A stretch of DNA of 49,475 nucleotides from positions 92,373 through 141,847 of the forward strand of contig CAYPFQ010000001.1 of the NCBI GenBank assembly GCA_964410135.1, given 5' to 3'. The notes under the pieces are model-generated. The model was given only the letters and a program-made list of their open reading frames with translations, made no database searches and was not told the origin of the DNA. Position 1 is the stretch's first letter. The number at the start of each line of letters is the position of its first letter. A program made the position numbers and the translations under genes. Source of the DNA: an uncultured Candidatus Bathyarchaeia archaeon (GTDB lineage Archaea > Thermoproteota > Bathyarchaeia > RBG-16-48-13 > CAYPFQ01). Below are positions 8,766 to 17,563 of the stretch, in pieces.

Positions 8766-9862
8766 CCTTTTCCAAAACTTTCTGACAGGTTTTCTAGAGC
8801 TCTACGAATTACCCGTATACTCGTGAGAAACTCGGGGGCTTCAATATACTCGTTGAGCGTGTGTTCCACTATGGGATTTCCTGGACCGTAGGCAACTATC
8901 GGAATCCTGTATTTAGTTCCGAACAGGTTCATGTCGCTGGCTCCAGTTTTCTTAATCAGTTTTGCAGGTCTTTTCGTCTCATCTCTAATTGCCTGCCTAA
9001 ACGCCCTAACTAAAGGCGAGTCAGCGCTTGATTCAAAGGGCTCCATGTGATCTTCAACTATCATAGAAGCCTCCAGACCAGTTCTAGCCTCATAGTTAGT
9101 TAATATCTGTCTAATCTCCTTAAGCACGCTTTTGGTTGTAAGCTGTGGCGGGACCCTGACGTCAATAATCATCTCGCAAATTGTAGGCACCACGTTTCCC
9201 GCCTCTCCTCCCTTGATTCGGGTTAGGCATGTGGAAACTGTGTAGAAGCGTTTGTCTATTCGCTGTCCCTTGAAATGGTGGTGTTTTATGTTCGACCAGA
9301 TTTGGTGGGCTTCTTCAACAGCACTCATATACATCCAAGGCGCTCCAGCATGTCCTCCAGTGCTCCTGCATGTAATCTTAATCTCAGCTCTTCCACGATA
9401 TCCGACTGTAATTTTTCCAGAGCTACTGGGCTCCCCGAAAATTGCATAGTCCGCTCTCACACCAGATCTAAGTAATGCCTTTATTCCTTTGCTGACTCCC
9501 TCCTCCTGTACAACTCCTGCAACTATGACTTTGCCGCTCTTCTTTCTGCGGGCAAACTCGGCTGCGCCCAGAATCATGGCTGCTAAGGGACCTTTAGCAT
9601 CAACTGCGCCTCTCCCAAAAAGCCTGTTGCCGACTCTCCGTACAGGAATCTGGCCTGGCACAGTATCCATGTGCCCACACAACAATGTGACGGGACGACC
9701 CTTTCCTATCTCTCCGATAACATTTCCCGCTCCATCAATTCTGACATTAAATCCCAGCCTCTTCATACTGCTCTGCAGGAAATTGGCTAACTCCTCCTCC
9801 TCACCAGTTGGGCTGTAGATCTTGAGCATCTGAGCTAGAAAATCAACTGCGTATTTTGACAT
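8762..9862 (-). CDS. lysK: [LysW]-lysine/[LysW]-ornithine hydrolase (M20)
   Basis: GHMDTV, GRGAVDAKG, QEE, GEPS, HT motifs; operon context. Start at MSKYAV (9862). Confidence 0.88.
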   Translation of the reverse strand: MSKYAVDFLAQMLKIYSPTGEEEELANFLQSSMKRLGFNVRIDGAGNVIGEIGKGRPVTLLCGHMDTVPGQIPVRRVGNRLFGRGAVDAKGPLAAMILGAAEFARRKKSGKVIVAGVVQEEGVSKGIKALLRSGVRADYAIFGEPSSSGKITVGYRGRAEIKITCRSTGGHAGAPWMYMSAVEEAHQIWSNIKHHHFKGQRIDKRFYTVSTCLTRIKGGEAGNVVPTICEMIIDVRVPPQLTTKSVLKEIRQILTNYEARTGLEASMIVEDHMEPFESSADSPLVRAFRQAIRDETKRPAKLIKKTGASDMNLFGTKYRIPIVAYGPGNPIVEHTLNEYIEAPEFLTSIRVIRRALENLSESFGKG

Positions 9863-11042
9863 GCTCTTCTTCCGCCAACAACTTATCCAACACGCTAACA
9901 ACCTTGTCAACTTGGGGCTTCTCAATAATGAGTGGAGGTAGAAACCTGAGCACATTTCTTCCCGCATCAAGAATGATGACACCATGGTCTAGGGCTTTGA
10001 ACAGTATGTCTCGCACTTCGAATCGTAATTCCATTCCAAGCATTAAGCCTAATCCCCTGACTTCTCTCACGAGCTTGTATTTTCTGCCTAGTGTATCCAG
10101 CTCGTCTTTGAAGTATTTGCCAGTAGCGGCTGCTCTTTCGGGCAGTTTCTCGTTGATTATATAGTCGATTGTGGCTGAGGCAGCTGCGCATGCGAGTGCA
10201 TTCCCGCCGAGCGTGGTTGTATGCTCGCCTATGCCGAGGCATGCCATTATTTCTTCTTTCGTCATCGTTGCACCCATAGGAATACCGCTAGCTATGCCTT
10301 TTGCGAGGCACATCACATCAGGGTTTACATTCCAGTGCTGGCATGCAAACATCTTTCCAGTTCTGCCGAGCCCCGTCTGCACTTCATCAACAATTAGCAA
10401 AACATTTTTCTCTGTGCAAAGTTCTCTCAACGCTGGCAGATAGTCATCGGGTGGAATGTAGACTCCACCCTCACCTTGAACTGGCTCTACAATAACCGCG
10501 GCTGTTTGGTCAGTAATAGCCTCCCTTACTTTTTCGGCTCTGCCATAGGGCACATGCTTAAAGCCTGGTAGAAGCGGCTCGAAGCCCTTCTTGTATTTCT
10601 CGTTCCAAGTGGCTGATAACGCGCCCATCGTCTTGCCGTGGAATCCCCGTACCATCGCGATAATTTCTTTTTTGCCAGTGTATTTCCTTGCCAGTTTTAT
10701 GGCAGCCTCTACAGCCTCTGCTCCGCTGTTGCTGAAGAAAACCCTGTTCAATTCCTCAGGTGCAATTTCGACTATTTTTTTGACCAGCCCTGCTCGTAGA
10801 TCATTGTAGAAGGAACCGTGAAATGTGATTAGCTTCTCAACCTGCTTGTTTATGGCTTCGATCACTTGGGGGTTGCTGTGTCCGACGAGAACAACGCCGT
10901 ACCCGCTCATGCAGTCAATGTATTCCTTGCCATCGATGTCCCAGACGATTGCACCTTTTCCCTTAACAATTATCAGGGGTTTCTTTGCGTAGACGTTCGC
11001 CATATGGCGGTTCTCGATATCGATAATGTCCTCTTTATGCAC
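9843..11042 (-). CDS. lysJ: [LysW]-aminoadipate semialdehyde/glutamate semialdehyde transaminase (class III PLP)
   Basis: NSGAEAVEAAIK, FHGKT, EPVQGEGG, DEVQTG, LAKG. Confidence 0.92.
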   Translation of the reverse strand: MHKEDIIDIENRHMANVYAKKPLIIVKGKGAIVWDIDGKEYIDCMSGYGVVLVGHSNPQVIEAINKQVEKLITFHGSFYNDLRAGLVKKIVEIAPEELNRVFFSNSGAEAVEAAIKLARKYTGKKEIIAMVRGFHGKTMGALSATWNEKYKKGFEPLLPGFKHVPYGRAEKVREAITDQTAAVIVEPVQGEGGVYIPPDDYLPALRELCTEKNVLLIVDEVQTGLGRTGKMFACQHWNVNPDVMCLAKGIASGIPMGATMTKEEIMACLGIGEHTTTLGGNALACAAASATIDYIINEKLPERAAATGKYFKDELDTLGRKYKLVREVRGLGLMLGMELRFEVRDILFKALDHGVIILDAGRNVLRFLPPLIIEKPQVDKVVSVLDKLLAEEEHVKIRS

Positions 11043-11844
11043 TAGTGACCACTGTTCCCGCCTTGTGTGCTAACGCCGTTGTGATCGGCTCTTTTCCAAG
11101 TCCAGAGGTGATTATGACCTCGCCGACACCTAACCTCAACGCCTCAGTCGCAGCATAAATCTTAGTGCTCATTCCATGTCCAATCTTAGACAGTTTGGCT
11201 TCAGCTTCCGCTGCAGTGAGTTTAGGTACAAGCTTCTCACCGATAATTAGGCCTTGCACATCAGTAATGAGAATAAGATGACTTGCTCTAACAGCTCCAG
11301 CCACATATGCAGCCGCCCTATCGCCATCAATGTTTAGATACTCGTTTTCCAGTCCGAGTGCGACCGGAGCGACAACTGGCATGTAGCCCGCCTCTAACAA
11401 AACATCGAGGACTCCAGAATTTACTTTTGCAATCTTTCCAGTATAGCCACCCTCTATGACCTTTTTACGTTTCTGTTCATCAACGATAATCAACTGTTTC
11501 TTTCTCTCCGCCTGTATCATCGCTCCGTCAATCCCAGAAACGCCGACAGCAGGAATGTGGTATTTTATAAGAGTCGCAACAATCTCTTTGTTGATTTTCC
11601 CACTCACCACCATTGTATAGATCCCGACAGTTTCTTTGTCAGTGTACCTACTTCGAAAGCCCTCAGGAGAAACGACGAATTTTTGTTCTTTACCCAGCTT
11701 TGTAGCTATGTCGGTGACTTCCCTTCCTCCGCCGTGCGTCAAGACTACTCTCTGGTTTTCATGGACCTTTTTCAAATCCTCAATAAAATCAGGCGAAATG
11801 CCTGCCTTTAACATGCTTCCTCCAATCTTGATAACCAAGACCAT
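11035..11844 (-). CDS. lysZ: [LysW]-aminoadipate/glutamate kinase
   Basis: KIGGS, HGGG, GFRSRYTD, NIDGDRAA. Confidence 0.92.
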   Translation of the reverse strand: MVLVIKIGGSMLKAGISPDFIEDLKKVHENQRVVLTHGGGREVTDIATKLGKEQKFVVSPEGFRSRYTDKETVGIYTMVVSGKINKEIVATLIKYHIPAVGVSGIDGAMIQAERKKQLIIVDEQKRKKVIEGGYTGKIAKVNSGVLDVLLEAGYMPVVAPVALGLENEYLNIDGDRAAAYVAGAVRASHLILITDVQGLIIGEKLVPKLTAAEAEAKLSKIGHGMSTKIYAATEALRLGVGEVIITSGLGKEPITTALAHKAGTVVTSA

Positions 11845-11858
11845 TCGAATCGCCTCTA

Positions 11859-12911
11859 CTAGACTGGATGATATCCAGGCATCTCCAGTCCAGTTTTTTC
11901 ATCAATTCCTATCATAATATTCAGATCTTGTACCGCTTGTCCCGCTGCGCCTTTCATCAGGTTGTCGATAGCTGAAACTACTACAAGCCGATTCGCATGG
12001 CTGTCAAGTTCAAACCCCAAGTCACAGAAATTAGAGCCGATCACTATCTTAGGATCCGGCAACCGGTATACTCCCTTGATATCCTTCACCAAACGGATGA
12101 AAGGCTCGCTTGCATAGAGTCCTCTAAACGTCTTCCATACATCAGTGGCTGTGAGGGGCTTTGTTAGAAAGAGATGCGCTGTAGAAAGGATCCCTCGAAC
12201 CATGTTAACAGCGTGAGCTGACATTGAGACAATAACCTGTCCACCTGCAAGTGCACTTAGCTCCTGCTCGATTTCAGCGGTATGTCTATGTCCTGCTAAC
12301 TTGTAGGGTCTAACAACGCCAAAGCGCTCTGCGTGATGGGTTGAAAGCGAGGGTTTACCTCCGGCCCCAGTAGAGCCTATCTTCTCGTCAACCACAATCC
12401 TACCTGTATCGACGACCCCTGCCTTAACTAATGGGGCGAGCTCTAAGATGGCGGCGGTTGACATGCAGCCTGGCACAGCTACAAGTTTGGCATTTCGGAT
12501 CTCATTTCTATGAAGTTCAGGCAGTCCGTAGACCGCTTCCTTCAGGAGCTCTGGGGTAGTATGGTCCCAACCATACCATGTCTTGTAGTCAGCGGGACTC
12601 TTAAGCCTAAAATCTGCACCCAAATCTAGCACCTTCAACCCCATCTTTAGAAAATCGGGCACAAGCTTAACTGATGCTCCATGGGGCGTGGCAGTAAACA
12701 CTACATCACATTGCCCTGTGATCTTCGAAACATCCAACGGGCTGAACTTCAGATCAGTGACTCCGCGTAGGTTGGGGTGGACTCTGAAGAGATACTCTCC
12801 AGCATATTCTCGCGAAACAGCTACAGCAACCTCTACCTTAGGGTGGAGCAAAAGAATGCGAAGCAGCTCCCCACCAGTGTAGCCAGATGCGCCAACAATA
12901 CCAATCTTCAT
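11859..12911 (-). CDS. lysY: [LysW]-aminoadipate/glutamate phosphate reductase (ArgC family)
   Basis: GASGYTGGE, VPGCMST, IDNLMKGAAGQAVQ. Confidence 0.92.
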   Translation of the reverse strand: MKIGIVGASGYTGGELLRILLLHPKVEVAVAVSREYAGEYLFRVHPNLRGVTDLKFSPLDVSKITGQCDVVFTATPHGASVKLVPDFLKMGLKVLDLGADFRLKSPADYKTWYGWDHTTPELLKEAVYGLPELHRNEIRNAKLVAVPGCMSTAAILELAPLVKAGVVDTGRIVVDEKIGSTGAGGKPSLSTHHAERFGVVRPYKLAGHRHTAEIEQELSALAGGQVIVSMSAHAVNMVRGILSTAHLFLTKPLTATDVWKTFRGLYASEPFIRLVKDIKGVYRLPDPKIVIGSNFCDLGFELDSHANRLVVVSAIDNLMKGAAGQAVQDLNIMIGIDEKTGLEMPGYHPV

Positions 12912-13790
12912 CTACCTCTTCACCTGCTTCACTGCATAGTCTATGATCATTCCTGGGATATCTTTCCCAGTCGCTGTGTACGTGCCCTTAAACTCAATCG
13001 TATGGTTAACCTCGTGTACCAGCAAGCCCTTAGGGCTCTCCATCATGTCGACGCCGAGTACGCCACCGCCTACGGCTGCTGCTGCCTTTAGGGCTATGTC
13101 TTCAAGCTCCTTGGTGACCTTGCATTGTTCTGCATATCCGCCGCGTGCTAGGTTGGTGCGCCATTCGCCAGGAGGCGAAACCCTGTATATTGCCGCCACT
13201 ACCTCATCTCCTATTACTGTGGCCCTGATGTCTCTGGGCGGCCTTGCGACCATTTGCTGCATATAGTAGACCTGATAGAGAGGGTGCATGAACTCTCTAT
13301 CCTCTATTATGGCTTCAGCTGTCTCTTTGTCTTTCAAAGGAGCTAACAATCGTCCCCAGCTTCCGACCACAGGCTTGAGGATCGCCGGGTATCCAAGCTC
13401 ATCAAGTGCCTCGAATACTGCTTCTGGAGTGAACGCAAGAATCGTCTTAGGAGTAGGAATCTTCGCCTTAGTCAACGCCAAAGTAGAAAGTAGCTTATTT
13501 CCACAAACCTGCATGACCCTGTGAGAGTTAATTACAGTGACACCCTGATTCTCCAAGGCAGCTGCTAAATGAAGCCCTCTAAAATAGCTAACGCAGCGCT
13601 GAAGCGCAACCTTCTCCACATTCAACTGAGGCTTAGAACTAGTGAGATCAATCTTAGCTGTTCTAGCGTCGATCAGATTCATCTGTACACGTTTTTTCTT
13701 AGCGGCTTGAATTAGGATCTTTTCTTCCCAGCGGATCTGGTCAAAAAGCAGACTAATTTTAGTGGTAATTCTACTCCCCCCAGTCCTCAC
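12912..13790 (-). CDS. lysX: LysX/ArgX ATP-grasp ligase
   Basis: DQIRWEEK, KPVVGSWGR, WRTNLARGG, EVNHTIEFKG; directly downstream of lysW. Start codon uncertain. Confidence 0.92.
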   Translation of the reverse strand: MRTGGSRITTKISLLFDQIRWEEKILIQAAKKKRVQMNLIDARTAKIDLTSSKPQLNVEKVALQRCVSYFRGLHLAAALENQGVTVINSHRVMQVCGNKLLSTLALTKAKIPTPKTILAFTPEAVFEALDELGYPAILKPVVGSWGRLLAPLKDKETAEAIIEDREFMHPLYQVYYMQQMVARPPRDIRATVIGDEVVAAIYRVSPPGEWRTNLARGGYAEQCKVTKELEDIALKAAAAVGGGVLGVDMMESPKGLLVHEVNHTIEFKGTYTATGKDIPGMIIDYAVKQVKR

Positions 13791-13944
13791 CCTCGACTTG
13801 GACTATCTTCAATATTGCTTTCCCTGCATTTATTTCAGCTACCTCAAGCTCCAAGCCGCAGTCGGGACAACTGACAATCTCTCCGATAACCACATTGTCG
13901 AGGACATCGAATTCCGCTGCGCACTCAGGACAGGTTGCCTTCAA
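13771..13944 (-). CDS. lysW: Amino-group carrier protein LysW (57 aa)
   Basis: Manual translation: MKATCPECAAEFDVLDNVVIGEIVSCPDCGLELEVAEINAGKAILKIVQVEGEDWGE. Two CPxC motifs, terminal EDWGE, TTG start with GAGGAG RBS. Missed by the ORF track. Confidence 0.97.
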   Translation of the reverse strand: MKATCPECAAEFDVLDNVVIGEIVSCPDCGLELEVAEINAGKAILKIVQVEGEDWGE

Positions 13945-14042
13945 TCTAATCTCCTCATCAGCATCTCCAAATCCAAACCAGCGGGGCGAAGACTATGACG
14001 ATCCCAAAGTCTCCTGGGCTTTCTCTTAGTCTGCATCCGCAT
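13941..14042 (-). CDS. Putative Arg/Lys-rich upstream ORF/leader peptide (33 aa)
   Basis: MRMQTKRKPRRLWDRHSLRPAGLDLEMLMRRLD*; its TGA overlaps the lysW TTG (TTGA). Translation unproven. Confidence 0.35.
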   Translation of the reverse strand: MRMQTKRKPRRLWDRHSLRPAGLDLEMLMRRLD

Positions 14043-14059
14043 CGTTCCCAATCATCTTC

Positions 14060-14072
14060 GAAAAAATTTTTC
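14060..14072. promoter_or_regulatory. Palindrome GAAAAA-A-TTTTTC, candidate operator
   Basis: Perfect 13-bp palindrome in the lysW/aconitase divergent intergenic region; low complexity. Confidence 0.3.
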
Positions 14073-14103
14073 AGGATTGAGGATACGTGTAAAATAAAGG
14101 CTA

Positions 14104-14117
14104 CTTATAACTCTTTC
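14104..14117 (-). promoter_or_regulatory. Candidate BRE-TATA for the lys operon
   Basis: Minus strand GAAAGAG-TTATAAG. TTATAA is palindromic, so it could also serve the plus strand. Confidence 0.4.
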
Positions 14118-14282
14118 GAACATGGAAAATCTCAAGAAACAGCGATAAACAAAAAGTTCGGCAGCCCCCTCAAATAGACTCAGAACTATTAAGCCTTCCA
14201 CGAGATTCTCATAAAAATGTCAGCAGAAACAATAAATTTGGAATCGCGGAATCTAATGTAACTCGAAATTGAAGGGTTCCCA

Positions 14283-15530
14283 ATGAATTTAACAATCGCG
14301 GAAAAAATCCTCAGCCGCACATCTGGGAAAAAAGCTAGTGCAGGCGAACTCGTAGTAGCCAAAATAGACGCTGCCATGACCCACGACGGAAACGCCAAAC
14401 TAACCATCAAAGCATTTCAAGAAATGGGCGGACGCAAAGTTTGGGATCCAAATAGGATTGCAATTGTAATCGACCATGTGGCTCCAAGCGCCTCTGAAAC
14501 AATCTCCGTAGTACATCAGACAATGCGCGAATTTGCAGCTGTACAAAAAATCAGAAACTTTTACGATATAGGCTCAGGAGTCTGCCATCAGCTCATGCCT
14601 GAAATGGGATTCGTCAACACAGGCTCGCTGGTCGTAGGCACAGACTCGCATACATGTACCTATGGGGCCCTAGGCGCATTCGCCACAGGCATAGGCTCAA
14701 CTGAGATGGCGGCCGTATTCATATCAGGCAAACTCTGGTTCAAAGTGCCAGAAACAATCAAACTGAATATAACCGGCAACCTCAAGCCAAGTGTAACTCC
14801 AAAAGACCTCATTCTCCACATTATAGGCAAGATTAAAGCTGACGGCGCAACCTACAAAGCCCTCGAATTCACAGGGCCGACCATAACTGAAATGAGTATA
14901 GACGGCCGCATGACTCTTTGTAATATGGCGGTTGAAATGGGAGCCAAAACCGGTATAATCGCGCCAGATCAGAAAACAACACGCTTTCTGAAAGGAAGAG
15001 TCAAATCTCCCATTAAGCCCCTGAAAAGCGACCCCCACGCCGAATATGAGGAGATAATCGAGTTTGAAGTGGGAGGACTAGAGCCTCAAGTAGCATGCCC
15101 TCACTTTGTTGACAATGTTAAACCAGTATCCGACGTAAAGGGCATCGAAATCGATCAGGTTTTCCTAGGATCCTGCACCAATGGTAGGCTGGAAGATCTG
15201 AGAGCGGCCGCGAAAATCCTTAAACGAAACAAAATCAGCCCCAACGTAAGAATGATAGTTATACCCGCCTCCAAGGAAGTCTATAATGCTGCGTTAAAAG
15301 AGGGATTGATTGAAATATTCATAAAATCAGGCTGCCTTGTCTGTAACCCTGGATGCGGACCATGCGCAGGCGCACATGAAGGCATACTCGCATCAGGTGA
15401 AATAGCGCTCTCAACCTCAAACCGCAACTTTCCAGGTCGGATGGGCTCAACTGAAGCCCAAATCTATCTAGTCTCACCAATGACCGCAGCCGTCTCCGCG
15501 TTGAACGGAAAAATAACAAGCCCGAAGTGA
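14283..15530 (+). CDS. hacA: Homoaconitase/3-isopropylmalate dehydratase family large subunit (probable homoaconitase)
   Basis: VIDHVAP, DSHTCTYGA, GSCTNGR, CNPGCGPC. Adjacent to lys genes; a separate leuC lies in the leu operon. Confidence 0.7.
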   Translation: MNLTIAEKILSRTSGKKASAGELVVAKIDAAMTHDGNAKLTIKAFQEMGGRKVWDPNRIAIVIDHVAPSASETISVVHQTMREFAAVQKIRNFYDIGSGVCHQLMPEMGFVNTGSLVVGTDSHTCTYGALGAFATGIGSTEMAAVFISGKLWFKVPETIKLNITGNLKPSVTPKDLILHIIGKIKADGATYKALEFTGPTITEMSIDGRMTLCNMAVEMGAKTGIIAPDQKTTRFLKGRVKSPIKPLKSDPHAEYEEIIEFEVGGLEPQVACPHFVDNVKPVSDVKGIEIDQVFLGSCTNGRLEDLRAAAKILKRNKISPNVRMIVIPASKEVYNAALKEGLIEIFIKSGCLVCNPGCGPCAGAHEGILASGEIALSTSNRNFPGRMGSTEAQIYLVSPMTAAVSALNGKITSPK

Positions 15531-15541
15531 GGCTGGTGAGT

Positions 15542-16060
15542 ATGACTGAGCTTCGGCTCCAAGGCAAAGCCTGGAAATACGGGGATAATATCAGCACCGA
15601 CCTTATCATACCAGGCAAATACAAATTCAGAATAACAGACATAGCCGAATTAGCCAAACATGCCATGGAAGGCGCGGATCCCACATTACCACAGAAAATA
15701 AAACCAGGCGATGTGCTGGTTGCTGGCAAGAATTTTGGCTGCGGATCTAGCCGGGAGCATGCTCCATTGGTCCTCAAGAGGGCAGGCATAAGCGCAGTCA
15801 TAGCCAAATCCTACGCCCGCATCTTTCAGCGCAACGCCATAAACATCGGGCTTCCAGCTCTCGAAAGCCCAGAGGCTCCGGACAAGATAAATCAAGGCGA
15901 CCAAGTAGAAGTAGACCTAGAAGAAGGCACAATAACCGACCTGACCTCTGGAGCCCGGTTTGAAACTAAGCCCCTTCCCAACTTCTTGTTACAAATCCTC
16001 AGAGACGGCGGACTGGTAGAACACTTTAAGAAGCATAAAGATTTCAAATGGGAAATGTGA
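15542..16060 (+). CDS. hacB: Homoaconitase/IPM dehydratase family small subunit
   Basis: [37 protein letters not shown]. Track start 15527. Confidence 0.7.
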   Translation: MTELRLQGKAWKYGDNISTDLIIPGKYKFRITDIAELAKHAMEGADPTLPQKIKPGDVLVAGKNFGCGSSREHAPLVLKRAGISAVIAKSYARIFQRNAINIGLPALESPEAPDKINQGDQVEVDLEEGTITDLTSGARFETKPLPNFLLQILRDGGLVEHFKKHKDFKWEM

Positions 16061-16073
16061 GGAAAATCAGCCG

Positions 16074-17105
16074 ATGGTAAAAACTGCAGCCCTAATCCGA
16101 GGCGATGGCACAGGACCCGAGCTAGTGGAGGCTATGCTCACTGTACTCAGAGCAAGCGGAACTAAGGTTAAGCTCATTCCTGTAGATGCGGGTCTCGAAT
16201 GGTGGCAAAAACACGGCGGAGACACCTTCATCCCGCCTGAAACGTGGAGCATACTCGAAAAATCAAACGCCTGCTTTAAAGGTCCAACCACCACCATCCC
16301 TGGACCAGGCACCCCGCGCAGTGTCGCCGTAAGCATACGCCAGAAATTCGACCTATATGCCAATGTCCGTCCAATCAAGACCTTTCCAGGAACAAGCAGA
16401 CCACTAGGCGACGTAGACTTTATCTGTGTAAGAGAAGGCACCGAGGGTCTCTACTCCGGTCTCGACTACAACCTCTCCCCAGACATAGCTATTACAATAA
16501 GAAAGATCACCCGCCACTCATCCGAGCGTATAGCCCGCTACGCCTTCAACCTCGCCCAACAGAAAGGCTGGAACAAGGTCGTTGCAATCCACAAAGGCAA
16601 CATCTGCAAAGAAACCGACGGGCTCTTCATAAATGCCGTAAAAACTGTAGCCAAAAACTACCTAAAAATCCAGCTCGAAGAATACTTCATCGACAACCTC
16701 GCCCAGCAACTCGTCAAAAACCCCCAACGCTTCAACCAAAACATACTCCTCAGCACCAATCTCTTCATGGACATAATCTCCGAAGAAGCCGCGGGACTAA
16801 TCGGTAGCATAGGATGCGTATACTCAGCCAACATCGGCGACAACTACGCCATGTTCGAACCCGCACACGGCAGCTCCCCAAAATACAAAGGACAAAACAA
16901 AGTTAACCCCACCGCCACGATCCTCGCCGGAGCTTGGATGCTAGAATACCTAGGCGAGAAAAATAGAGCAGACGCAATCTTCAAGGCCACAGAATCGGTA
17001 ATCGCAGAAGGCAAAACCACAACCTACGACTTGGGCGGAACAGCGAAAACATCCGAGATGGCTGAAACCATCGCACAAAAAACCAAAGAAATACTAAAAA
17101 TGTAA
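16074..17105 (+). CDS. Isocitrate/homoisocitrate dehydrogenase family protein
   Basis: GDGTGPE, FKGPTTT, LYANVRP, HKGNI, FEPAHGSSPKY. Substrate ambiguous. Confidence 0.85.
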   Translation: MVKTAALIRGDGTGPELVEAMLTVLRASGTKVKLIPVDAGLEWWQKHGGDTFIPPETWSILEKSNACFKGPTTTIPGPGTPRSVAVSIRQKFDLYANVRPIKTFPGTSRPLGDVDFICVREGTEGLYSGLDYNLSPDIAITIRKITRHSSERIARYAFNLAQQKGWNKVVAIHKGNICKETDGLFINAVKTVAKNYLKIQLEEYFIDNLAQQLVKNPQRFNQNILLSTNLFMDIISEEAAGLIGSIGCVYSANIGDNYAMFEPAHGSSPKYKGQNKVNPTATILAGAWMLEYLGEKNRADAIFKATESVIAEGKTTTYDLGGTAKTSEMAETIAQKTKEILKM

Positions 17106-17121
17106 TTAAGAGCCAAAACGA

Positions 17122-17526
17122 CTAACTATAGTGCTTTAGCACTATCATCGTGTTTGTATTTGTTACGCCCGATATTTCGCGTATTCTGTCAACGGTTTCA
17201 TTGATTTTTTCGATGGTAGGTGCGGAGAGGACGACGGCGATGTCGTGTTGGCCTGTGATTTCGTAGACTGTTTCTATGTTTTCAAGTCTGGCGATTTGTT
17301 TCGCGACTTCAGGGGTGGGTGCGGCTGAAACAAGAGTGAGAGCTTTTGCACCTTGGGCTGTGCCGAGCTGAATGGTGAATTTGCGTATAATGCCTTCTTT
17401 GACCAAGTTTTGGATCCGCTTTCTTACAGCGCCCTCGGATAGTGCTACCTGTTTGGCGATGGTGGTGTAGGGTTGGCTTGAGTCCTGTTTGAGGATTTCG
17501 ATTATTTTTTTGTCGATTTCGTCCAT
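17122..17526 (-). CDS. Lrp/AsnC family regulator (LysM-like)
   Basis: MDEIDKKIIEIL...LSEGAVRKRIQNL HTH plus C-terminal ligand domain (ITGQHDI). Confidence 0.9.
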   Translation of the reverse strand: MDEIDKKIIEILKQDSSQPYTTIAKQVALSEGAVRKRIQNLVKEGIIRKFTIQLGTAQGAKALTLVSAAPTPEVAKQIARLENIETVYEITGQHDIAVVLSAPTIEKINETVDRIREISGVTNTNTMIVLKHYS

Positions 17527-17563
17527 TTTGGGCGCCTCTTGTTGCTATTTTGGTTGTTCTGAG

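Noticed and set aside
9863-9985. N-terminal extension of lysK in the ORF track (likewise argH 23492-23569 and the Fe-S gene 346-414)
   Set aside because: Extensions overlap neighbouring genes or promoter DNA; better internal starts match the family N-termini.
17100-17125. Calling a replication origin at the skew flip
   Set aside because: The intergenic gap is only 16 bp, with no ORB-like repeats, AT-rich unwinding element or cdc6/orc1 nearby. Kept only as a compositional observation.
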